Assembly: GCF_002087085.1 (NCBI RefSeq)
Contig: NZ_MWQY01000005.1
Coordinates: 186,001 to 216,610, forward strand
Reading direction: 5' to 3'
Length of the DNA stretch: 30,610 bases
In this document: positions 1-8,700 of the stretch, piece after piece
Layout: the number at the start of each line of letters is the position of its first letter
Position numbering within the stretch: the stretch's first letter is position 1
Made by a program: the position numbers and the translations under genes
Notes under the pieces: generated by a model
What the model was told of the DNA's origin: nothing
The model's input: the letters and a program-made list of their open reading frames with translations, nothing else
Database searches by the model: none

Positions 1-1173
1 TATCTTTTTGTTACCATCGCCCGCAAAATCAAGGATTTTCAGGAACAGCACCCGGACGTCGACCTTATCAAGCTGGGCATCGGTGATGTGACAAAACCCC
101 TGCCGTCGGCCTGTATCGATGCCTTTAAAAAAGGGGTCGAGGAGATGGCGGATGAAAAGAGCTTTCGCGGATACGGCCCGGAACAGGGATACTCCTTTCT
201 GCGGGAGGCCATAGCCCGGAACGATTTCAGGGACCTTGGAATCGAGGCGGAGGACATCTTCATTTCCGACGGAGCCAAGTGCGATACAGGAAACTTTCAG
301 GAACTCTTTTCCACGAATTCCAGAGTAGCCATACCAGATCCGGTCTATCCGGTTTACGTCGATACCAATGTAATGGCCGGACGCAGCGGGGTCTGGAAGG
401 ACGGGCGCTACGAGGGCCTCCATTACCTGGAAGCAAACTCGGAAAACGCCTTTATACCCGCTCCCCTGAATGAGAAGGTCGACCTGATCTATCTCTGTTT
501 TCCCAACAATCCCACCGGTCAGGTCGCCAGCCATGATCAGCTGGCCCGGTGGGTCGAGTATGCCAGGGAAAACAAGGCCCTGATTCTTTTCGATGCGGCT
601 TATGAAACCTTTATCCGCGACGACAGTCTCCCCAGGTCAATCTATGAAATACCCGGCGCACGGGAAGTGGCAGTTGAGTTCCGGAGTTTCTCGAAAACCG
701 CGGGCTTTACCGGTACCCGCTGTGCCTTTACCGTCGTTCCCCGGGAGTGCCGGGCCTACACGAGCGACGGAGAAGCTGTCAATCTTCAGCCCATGTGGAA
801 CCGCAGACATTCCACCAAGTTCAACGGCGTATCCTATCCCGTTCAGCGGGCTGCCGAGGCGGTCTACTCTCCGGAAGGAAAAAAGCAGGTACGGGAACTC
901 TCGGACTACTACCTCGGAAATGCCGCCATAATCCGGAAAAACATGGAAGCCCTCGGATTTACCTGTATCGGCGGAGAGAACTCCCCCTACATATGGGTAG
1001 ACGGCAGAAGGGATTCCTGGGATTTCTTCGACCTGCTCCTGTCGGCAGGGGTGGTCGTTACCCCGGGGAGCGGTTTCGGACGCTGCGGCGAAGGCTATAT
1101 CCGCATAAGTGCCTTTAACGATCGGGAAAAGGTGCTGGCGGCCATGGAACGGATTAAATCCTCTCTGGCATGA
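1..1173 (+). CDS. dapL: LL-diaminopimelate aminotransferase (5' end lies outside the window)
   Basis: Frame 1 is open from base 1 ([31 protein letters not shown]...). Motifs [33 protein letters not shown]-lysine [12 protein letters not shown] and TPGSGFG are typical of DapL. Confidence 0.93.
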   Translation, partial: YLFVTIARKIKDFQEQHPDVDLIKLGIGDVTKPLPSACIDAFKKGVEEMADEKSFRGYGPEQGYSFLREAIARNDFRDLGIEAEDIFISDGAKCDTGNFQELFSTNSRVAIPDPVYPVYVDTNVMAGRSGVWKDGRYEGLHYLEANSENAFIPAPLNEKVDLIYLCFPNNPTGQVASHDQLARWVEYARENKALILFDAAYETFIRDDSLPRSIYEIPGAREVAVEFRSFSKTAGFTGTRCAFTVVPRECRAYTSDGEAVNLQPMWNRRHSTKFNGVSYPVQRAAEAVYSPEGKKQVRELSDYYLGNAAIIRKNMEALGFTCIGGENSPYIWVDGRRDSWDFFDLLLSAGVVVTPGSGFGRCGEGYIRISAFNDREKVLAAMERIKSSLA

Positions 1174-1177
1174 TAAA

Positions 1178-3052
1178 ATGAAGATACTGGATCCCCGTTT
1201 CGGTCTGTTCGTTGGTGACAGTGACTCCTGTGCCCTGGAGAGACTGAAATACGGCGAAAAGCTTCCCGGGAAAGGTTTCAGTCCTGAGGATTTGTCTCTT
1301 ATCCTCTCCCCTTCGGGTTGGCGCGGGGTCTTTGCATCATCGGAAGACGATGATTCCGGCGAACCGGCGGAGCGGATGCTCTGGGCGGCCCTGTCTATGG
1401 CAGGAGCCGCGGCGGAGTATTTTTCCGCCTTCAGCGGTAAACCCACAATTCTGGTGGGCTGCGATGCACGTCCCACGGGACCTGCAATCTGCGAGATATT
1501 CTTAAGGGTCTTTCTGGCCCTGGGGATTCCCTGCGAATACCTCTTTATAACTCCGGCCCCGGAAATAATGGCCGCAGCACGAAACAGGCGGGAGTGCGGC
1601 GGATTCTGTTACATCAGCGCGAGCCATAACCCCATCGGTCACAACGGGGTAAAACTCGGCAGACAGGACGGCGGGGTACTTCCCGGAATCGAGGCGGCGC
1701 CGATTATCCAGCGAGTTAAGGATATCCTCGCTTCCCCGGAGGAACTCGACAGACTGCGTGAATCAGCCGATGGAGCGGATTCGCGCAATCTGGAAGCCCT
1801 CTTTCAGCAGGTCTCGGACGCCCAGAACAGGGCGTCCCGGATCTATTCCGCGTTTTCCGGCAGCGTTGTGTTCGATACATATCCGGATAAAAAATCTGCC
1901 CTGCAGGAATCCCTCAAAAAGATGCCCCTTGGAGTCGTGGGAGAGCTGAACGGCAGCGCCCGGGGAGTCTCCATCGACCGGGAATTTATGGAAGACCTGG
2001 GTCTGCGGGTCCGCCTTTATAACAGCAGACCCGGGGAAATCCTTCATGCCATCCTGCCGGAGGGAGAATCCCTCGAGCCATGCAGCATGCTCCTGCAGGA
2101 ATCCTGGCGGGAGGATCCCGCCTTTCTGCTGGGGTATGTTCCCGACAACGACGGTGATCGTGGGAATATTGTCTACATCGATCCCGATGGTGGACGCGGC
2201 CATATCCTGCAGGCCCAGGAGGTCTTTGCCCTTACCTGTCTTTCCGAGCTGGCCTGCGCCAGAATGTTCGGAAAAGGCGGGAATACGCCGCAGGCTGTGG
2301 TGGTAAACGGTCCCAGCTCGCTCCGTATCAATGAGATAGCGGAATCCTTCGGGGCGAAACTTTTCCGGGCGGAAGTCGGTGAAGCGAATGTGGTTTCCCT
2401 GGCACGGCGGCTCAGGAATGAAGGATTTACTGTTCGCATACTGGGGGAAGGCTCCAACGGCGGAACCATAACCCATCCCTCTGCCGTGAGGGATCCCCTT
2501 AACACCATCATGGCTCTGGTAAAACTCCTCCGTCTACAGGATGCCGATGGGAAAACCCCCGGGCACCTCTGGTTTGAGCTGCGGGGAGATACTCCTCCTG
2601 TTTCCGGTTCCCTGGCCCTGTCTCATATTCTGGAATCTCTGCCGAAATATCAGACCACCCCCACCGGAGAAGCCCGGGCAAAATACCGGGTGCCCGCAGG
2701 GAGTCATAACCTGCTGAAGAGCCGTTACGAGTCGGTTTTTACCGAAAGGTGGGGAGCACGACCGGACATCCTGAACTCCCTGGGAATCAGCGCGTACCGC
2801 TTCGTCAATTACGAAGGAACAGAGCGCAGGGAAGGACCGGGAAACAGAAGTGGAGAGGGCCGCGGAGGCTTCAGCGTTGAATTCCTGAACGATAAGGGTC
2901 AGGCAAAAGCCTTTGTATGGATGCGCGGCTCGGGTACAGAGCCGGTTTTCAGGCTCATGGCCGATGTTCCCGGGGACAGAGAGGATACTGAAGTCACCCT
3001 CCTTGAGTGGCACCGGGGAATCCTCGACGCGGCCATAGAATCCGGCGCTTAG
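1178..3052 (+). CDS. Alpha-D-phosphohexomutase family protein (phosphoglucomutase/phosphomannomutase-like, long form)
   Basis: LSPSGWRG, GCDARPTG, catalytic-Ser motif SASHNP, metal-binding DNDGDR, GEGSNGG and C-terminal RGSGTEPVFR. The ATG at 1178, 4 nt after the dapL stop, is preferred to the ORF-track start at 1109, which overlaps dapL. Confidence 0.85.
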   Translation: MKILDPRFGLFVGDSDSCALERLKYGEKLPGKGFSPEDLSLILSPSGWRGVFASSEDDDSGEPAERMLWAALSMAGAAAEYFSAFSGKPTILVGCDARPTGPAICEIFLRVFLALGIPCEYLFITPAPEIMAAARNRRECGGFCYISASHNPIGHNGVKLGRQDGGVLPGIEAAPIIQRVKDILASPEELDRLRESADGADSRNLEALFQQVSDAQNRASRIYSAFSGSVVFDTYPDKKSALQESLKKMPLGVVGELNGSARGVSIDREFMEDLGLRVRLYNSRPGEILHAILPEGESLEPCSMLLQESWREDPAFLLGYVPDNDGDRGNIVYIDPDGGRGHILQAQEVFALTCLSELACARMFGKGGNTPQAVVVNGPSSLRINEIAESFGAKLFRAEVGEANVVSLARRLRNEGFTVRILGEGSNGGTITHPSAVRDPLNTIMALVKLLRLQDADGKTPGHLWFELRGDTPPVSGSLALSHILESLPKYQTTPTGEARAKYRVPAGSHNLLKSRYESVFTERWGARPDILNSLGISAYRFVNYEGTERREGPGNRSGEGRGGFSVEFLNDKGQAKAFVWMRGSGTEPVFRLMADVPGDREDTEVTLLEWHRGILDAAIESGA

Positions 3053-4047
3053 GCAATCCCGATTGCCCGCCGTAGACGGGATATGGTACCGGCTGCGATC
3101 TCCCTCGCTTTTTCTGCTCCCCGGGCGAGGATAGCGTCAATCTGATCGGTATTATTGATGTACTCTTCGTAGCGTTCACGGTAAGGAGCGATTTCCCTTT
3201 CCATGCACTCATACAGGGCCTGTTTGGCCTCTCCCCAGCCCATGCCTCCGGCGAGGTAGCGTTGACGCAGGGCGTCCTGCTCCTGTTCAGTGGCAAAAAG
3301 CCGGTAGAGATTAAAAACATTGCAGTTTTCAGGGTTCTTCGGCTCTTCTATTCCCTGGGAGTTGGTAACAATCTTCATAATCAGCTTGCGCAGCTGTTTT
3401 GAGGGAAGAAAAAGAGGAATGGTATTGTTGTAGCTTTTACTCATTTTTCTTCCGTCCATTCCGGGAATTATCTGGGTCAACTCGTTGATAAGGGGTTCGG
3501 GAACGGTAAGCAGTTCTTCCCGGTAATTCCTGTTTATGGCCTGGGCAATATCTGCGGTCATCTCTATGTGCTGTTTCTGGTCCCTGCCAACGGGAACGAC
3601 GTTGGAGTTGAAAAGAAGGATATCCGCTGCCATCAGTACGGGATAAGTATAGAGCCCCATGTTGATTCCGTTGTCCGGGTCTTTCCCGGCGGAACGGTTT
3701 TCTTCGCTCACTGCCTTGTAGGCATGGGCCCGGTTCATGAGCCCCTTGGGGGTAAAGGCCATGAGGATTGTCGTCAATTCAAAGGTTTCCGGTACCGCTG
3801 ACTGCTTGTAGACCAGGGATTTTTCGGGATCCAGGCCGCAGGCCAGCCACGTCGCGGCAACCTGATGAGTCTGTTCCTTGAGCCGCTGCGGATCGCGTTC
3901 GCTGTTCAGGGCATGATAATCGGCAATAAAAAAACGGGTTTCGTAATCTCTGGCAAGTTCCAGTGCCGGCTTTATTGCACCAAAGTAGTTTCCAATGTGG
4001 GGTGTTCCTGTCGGCTTTATACCGGTTAAAGCAATTCGTTTCTCCAT
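3049..4047 (-). CDS. trpS: Tryptophan--tRNA ligase
   Basis: TGIKPTG-HIGN (HIGH motif), YPVLMAADIL, VPVGRDQKQH and KMSKS. The stop overlaps the phosphohexomutase stop (3049-3052). Confidence 0.96.
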   Translation of the reverse strand: MEKRIALTGIKPTGTPHIGNYFGAIKPALELARDYETRFFIADYHALNSERDPQRLKEQTHQVAATWLACGLDPEKSLVYKQSAVPETFELTTILMAFTPKGLMNRAHAYKAVSEENRSAGKDPDNGINMGLYTYPVLMAADILLFNSNVVPVGRDQKQHIEMTADIAQAINRNYREELLTVPEPLINELTQIIPGMDGRKMSKSYNNTIPLFLPSKQLRKLIMKIVTNSQGIEEPKNPENCNVFNLYRLFATEQEQDALRQRYLAGGMGWGEAKQALYECMEREIAPYRERYEEYINNTDQIDAILARGAEKAREIAAGTISRLRRAIGIA

Positions 4048-4055
4048 ACCGGCAC

Positions 4056-4084
4056 ACTATACCCGGGTCACCCCCTTTTCTCAA
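4056..4084 (-). promoter_or_regulatory. Sigma70-type promoter for trpS
   Basis: Minus strand TTGAGA (4084-4079), 17 nt, TATAGT (4061-4056), 8 nt, ATG. No Shine-Dalgarno sequence. Confidence 0.6.
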
Positions 4085-5172
4085 GTACCTGTTTTTGATT
4101 CCGGGCTGCCAAGCATCACCTGCGAGGTGTTCGGCGGATTGTGACTGTCCTGACCGGAACCCATCAAAATGGCTATGGGACGCAGGGCCGGTATGTTCTC
4201 GCAGACTATCTTGATTATCGCCATAATGGGGACGGCCAGAAACATTCCCACCACACCCCAGAGCCAGCCCCAGACCAGCAGGCTGACCAGGATAAGAAAG
4301 GGGCTGAGGTTGAGCCGCCGCCCCTGAAGGCGCGGATCCAGAATATTTCCAAGGGCGACCTGGGTAGCAATTACCGACAGAGAGACGGCCAGAATAGGCT
4401 CCATTTCGGGATAAAACTGAATGAACGACATGATTATTATAATGATAACGATAAATGCGGAGCCGATATTGGGAATAAAATTGAGAAAAAAAGCCAGAGC
4501 GCCCCAGATAATCGGAAAATCCAGCCCAATCAGCATCAGGCTCAGATAAATCAGCATACCCGTTGCGAGGCTGATGATGAATTTTATCGACAGATAACGC
4601 CCGATCTGATCGTTGATATGCTTCATGATCAGGTATATCCGGTCTGACATGGATATATGAAAGGCCTTGCGAACCTTGACCTGAAAGCGGTTCTGTTCCA
4701 GGAGAAGGAATATCAGGAAGAGGGTAATCATTATAAGATTTCCAACCAGTTCCATCAGCGATCCGGATAAAGAGAGAAGAGAGTTCTGCAGGGTCCTTCC
4801 CCAGTTTATGTCCGCAATAACCGTCGGGCTCACATTGAAGCGTTCGAAAAGCTCCTTCGATATCTCCATTAGAAGCGAGGTAAACCGGGCCTGGTATTTT
4901 GGGAGCTGTACCACAAAGGACTTTATTGAAGCATAGATAAATAAACCGAAAAGATAGAAAAAACCGAAGAATATGACGATGACAACTGTTATGGAAATGA
5001 TTCGCGGAATACGAAGCTTTTCCATGAAGGACAGCAGTGGCGTGAAAACGAAAAAGAGAATAATCGCTATTGCCAGGGGAACCATTGCGGCCTGGGCGAA
5101 TTTAAGCACTGCTCCAACAATAATAACTGTCAGTATCCCCAGACAGACAGCTGTCACTTTTTCTGCACTCAT
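4081..5172 (-). CDS. AI-2E family (PerM/YdiK-like) membrane transporter
   Basis: Multiple hydrophobic helices and the motifs LNFIPNIGS, NILDPRL.G..LNLSP and WGWLWGVVGMFLAVP. Start placed at ATG 5172 (MSAEK) because the longer ORF overlaps the divergent gene. Confidence 0.88.
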   Translation of the reverse strand: MSAEKVTAVCLGILTVIIVGAVLKFAQAAMVPLAIAIILFFVFTPLLSFMEKLRIPRIISITVVIVIFFGFFYLFGLFIYASIKSFVVQLPKYQARFTSLLMEISKELFERFNVSPTVIADINWGRTLQNSLLSLSGSLMELVGNLIMITLFLIFLLLEQNRFQVKVRKAFHISMSDRIYLIMKHINDQIGRYLSIKFIISLATGMLIYLSLMLIGLDFPIIWGALAFFLNFIPNIGSAFIVIIIIIMSFIQFYPEMEPILAVSLSVIATQVALGNILDPRLQGRRLNLSPFLILVSLLVWGWLWGVVGMFLAVPIMAIIKIVCENIPALRPIAILMGSGQDSHNPPNTSQVMLGSPESKTGT

Positions 5173-5178
5173 GGAAAA

Positions 5179-5207
5179 AGTATAACAGATCATAATCTTA
5201 ATTTCGA
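5179..5207 (-). promoter_or_regulatory. Extended -10 promoter, leaderless arrangement, for the AI-2E gene
   Basis: Minus strand TCGAAA, 17 nt, TATACT (5184-5179) preceded by TGt, then 6 nt to the ATG at 5172. Confidence 0.6.
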
Positions 5208-5272
5208 GTACTTGTCCCCGGGGACGAAAACCTGTAGTTTCACTGGTACAGCAGTATAATGGAGTTGTATAT

Positions 5273-5761
5273 ATGAGTATTCGTGAAAAAGCCGCTTTTA
5301 TCGCAGAGAACGCAGCTGTTACCGGGGATGTCACCATGGGAAAGGATGCATCAGTCTGGTACGGAGCATCAGTCCGGGGAGATTATGCTCCTATAGTCAT
5401 TGGGGATTCCTCCAACATACAGGATAATGCCAGTGTTCACGTAGATCATGACGCCCCCGTCAAGATCGGCAAAGGGGTTACCATCGGCCACAACGCTGTT
5501 ATTCACGGCTGCACCGTGGAGGATGACTGTCTTATAGGCATGGGTGCAATCATTCTGAACCGGGCTGTAATCGGTAAGGGTGCCATCATCGGGGCCGGCG
5601 CTCTGGTAACCGAAGGCAAGGTAATACCCCCGGGATCCCTGGCGGTGGGCTCCCCCGCCAAGGTCATGAGAAAGGTCTCCGACGAAGAGTTGAAGCGTGT
5701 TCGTCAGAACGCCTCATCCTATGTTGAGATGGCCCGGAGGCATAACGCGGGAGAGTTCTAG
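5273..5761 (+). CDS. Gamma carbonic anhydrase family protein (YrdA/CaiE-like, hexapeptide-repeat beta-helix)
   Basis: VWYGASVRGD, SNIQDNASVH and TIGHNAVIHGC (three His zinc ligands), IGMGAIIL, GSPAKV. TATAAT at 5255-5260. Confidence 0.9.
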   Translation: MSIREKAAFIAENAAVTGDVTMGKDASVWYGASVRGDYAPIVIGDSSNIQDNASVHVDHDAPVKIGKGVTIGHNAVIHGCTVEDDCLIGMGAIILNRAVIGKGAIIGAGALVTEGKVIPPGSLAVGSPAKVMRKVSDEELKRVRQNASSYVEMARRHNAGEF

Positions 5762-8700
5762 GAACTTCCCGCACTCCTTTTTTCCCAGCGCTCCATGCCC
5801 CTGCGCACTGCATCGATCAGATAGGGCCTCATCTGCGAGGCCTTTACAATATGATCGATGGATCCGACCTCCCGGGCCCGTTCAACGCTGTGTATACCGT
5901 CAAACTCTGCCCCCAGAGCTGTCTGGTATTCGTTATATACCGTCTGATACAGGTTATCAAACTCCTTGTAACCCCATTCACCGGATTTCAAACGTTCCCG
6001 GGCTTCCATGACCCGCGTATCATCTTCGGTGCGCTTTCTGACGGTTTTCGGAAATACCACCGCAGCAGCCGGGGCCCCTCCGATTACCGATGCGAAGGAG
6101 CCTTCAAGAGCTGCGACCTCGAGTTCCGGGTTCAGCCTCTTGGAGAAGACTACATAGGCCCCGCCGTGATAGCGGGCGGTGACCAGAAAAACAAGGGGGC
6201 CTCTGAAGTTTACAACTGCCCTTCCTATCTCAGCTCCATATTCGAGCTGGAGTCTGCGCAGCGATTCCGGTGATCCGTCGAATCCCGAGAGATTCGCAAT
6301 GATGACAGCCGGTACCCTTCCGGAGAAGGCATTCAGCCCCCGGGCCAGCTTTTTTGAAGACTGGGGATAGAGGGTCCCTCCGCTCCAGGTATCCGGACCG
6401 TCGGAAGGCAGGGCACCGATACGGGGAAAGCTGCGGCTTTCGATACCGATCATACCCACAGACAAACCGCCGAGACGGGTCTCCCAGACCAGAGAGGTAT
6501 CCCCGTCTTCGAGCCCTCTCCATCGCTCGAGGATTTCCGCGTCCTGGTCCACAAGGGCACGCATAACCTGGCGCATGTCGAAGGGCTTTTTTCTGTCGGG
6601 ATTCAAATCCATGCTGAAGATATCTCCGATGCTGGTGAATCCCTGACCAAGACTGTCCCGATAGGGCACGGTGGTTACATCCCGCTCATCGGGGTCGGAG
6701 CATTCCACAGGTTCAGGAAAAGAGCTGCCAGGCTTAACATAGCAGGTACGATAATGCTGAAAGAGTACGCCGTAGGCCTCGGCAACGGAAGCGACCCGTA
6801 TCTGGGCCTGGCCGTTGGGGACCATGATTTTCTCTGCACCGCCGATATCCACATTTGTTTCCCCCGACACGCTGCCGGAGAAGTCCAGGGCCCGTTTCCC
6901 GGTAAGAAGCATGGAAGCCTCATCGGTCATGATCAGAAGTCCCCGGGTATGCATCAGCATGGTGGCTTCGGCATTCCAGTAGGACTGGGCGCCCACATTT
7001 ATAGACTGGACGATTATATTTATTTCGCCCCCGGCCTGGGTGAATTCTATTATCCTTTTCAGGGTTGCAGCGGTCCAGTCCAGGTTTTCGGTACCCGAAT
7101 CCATGGTGATTCTGGCTCCGGAGGATACCGGAACCCATTCCACGGGAATTGAATCCTCTTCGGCCATATCGATGGCGCATATAATCCTGCGGCATTCCTC
7201 TTCCGCCAGGCTGCCGAGATCTCCGGTGGGATCCGAGAGAATCAGCATGCGATGAAAAACCGTTCCGCTCACAGGATCGGTATTGCTGATCCTGCCGAAT
7301 ATTATATTGCTGCCGTTGTTTCCGGGTTCACGTCCCTTTACCGAAACAGCCCTGCCGGACCCGTCTGCGGCGACCTCGATATCGAATTCTTCAAACTCAC
7401 CTCGTGGCAAACCCTCATGCAGGGGAAATCCGGCGTGGGTAATCATCTTTATGAGTTCGTAGGGATAAATCTCGTTACGCTGACGCGCCCGGACCACCTT
7501 GAGGGCATAACTGTCCAGGGTCGTCAGGGGCACCGATGAGGGGCGCCGGCTGCGCAGGGTAAACTGGTCCGCCGTAAGATTGTGGAAGATCAGTTCATGT
7601 TCACGGATGGTTTCTTCCCTCCATCGTTTGCGTCGTGAATAGACGACCATCTTTTCCAGGCCAAGACCGATGGTTCTGGGAACCAGGTTGTAACCGAAAT
7701 CCCGGAGCTGCATCAGGCGCAGTCCCAGAAGAGATCTGTTGTAGATGATAATCCGGTTCCACTGAAGCCTGAAACGGTAGTTCTGCTGGGCGGCGCGTAT
7801 GCCGGAAACCGCCTCGTTGAAGACCCGCTCAAATCGAAGCATCCTGGTAAGGTCCTGCCGCGAGGAGAGTTCGGGATCCGTCTCGGAGGTTGAAGCAAGG
7901 GCGAAAAGGCGCATGTCCTTTTCGTTCTCCTTTGCCCGGCCTTCCAGAACAGTGACATTTTCGCTGCGCAGTATCAGTTTGAGATGAAAATTCTTCAGTC
8001 TTTCCACCCGGAGCTCCCGATATTCCAGGGGCGAAAAGGTGAACGCACCGTCGTTGATACTCCATTTTCCGGTATCACCATACTGGTAGGTAGTAAACTG
8101 CGGTTCATCCTGCTCCGGGTAGACTCCCAGAGCGCAGAATTTACAGGGAAAAGGGGCAAGAGAATCGATATAATCCCCGGGGCTGCCCTGCCCCGAAATA
8201 AGTATCGTGACTTCAACTGATTCACAGTCCGGGAAATTCCGGACTATGCCTGGTATTCTCTCAAGAGCCTCGGGAGAAAAGGCAGCAAAAAGAAGTCCGC
8301 CCTTCCGGTCCTTTTCATTCTCCTCATCCTCAGTGAAATCGATCCTGGCCCGGAAAAGATCCTTCCCATCAGAGGATGTCTTGAGAGAATGAATTTTCCT
8401 GTCCCGGTTAAAATACCGGGCCGCCAGCTCCGAGAGAAGTTCCGAACTCCCTGTTCGGGTCGATTTTATTATACGCATCATGTCCGTCATGGCCGAAGGC
8501 GGAAGGTCCATAAAGGACTGCGTACACTCATCGAAACTTCCTGAATTGCCGCTGCAGCTCTCCGAAACCAGGGATTCAACGAATTTGCGCTGTCTTCCCC
8601 GCTGTTCCTGGAGTTGCTGCTGGTCGATCAGAACATAGCGCGCATGCAGGGCGGCGTCCGCCAGTTTGGGAGATCCAAGGTTACTCAGACGTACAATCTC

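Noticed and set aside
637..1476. 279-aa antisense ORF over the dapL/mutase junction
   Set aside because: Overlaps two confident genes on the other strand and has no protein-like motifs.
4048..4080. T-box leader for trpS
   Set aside because: The intergenic space is only 33 bp and has no T-box consensus or terminator.
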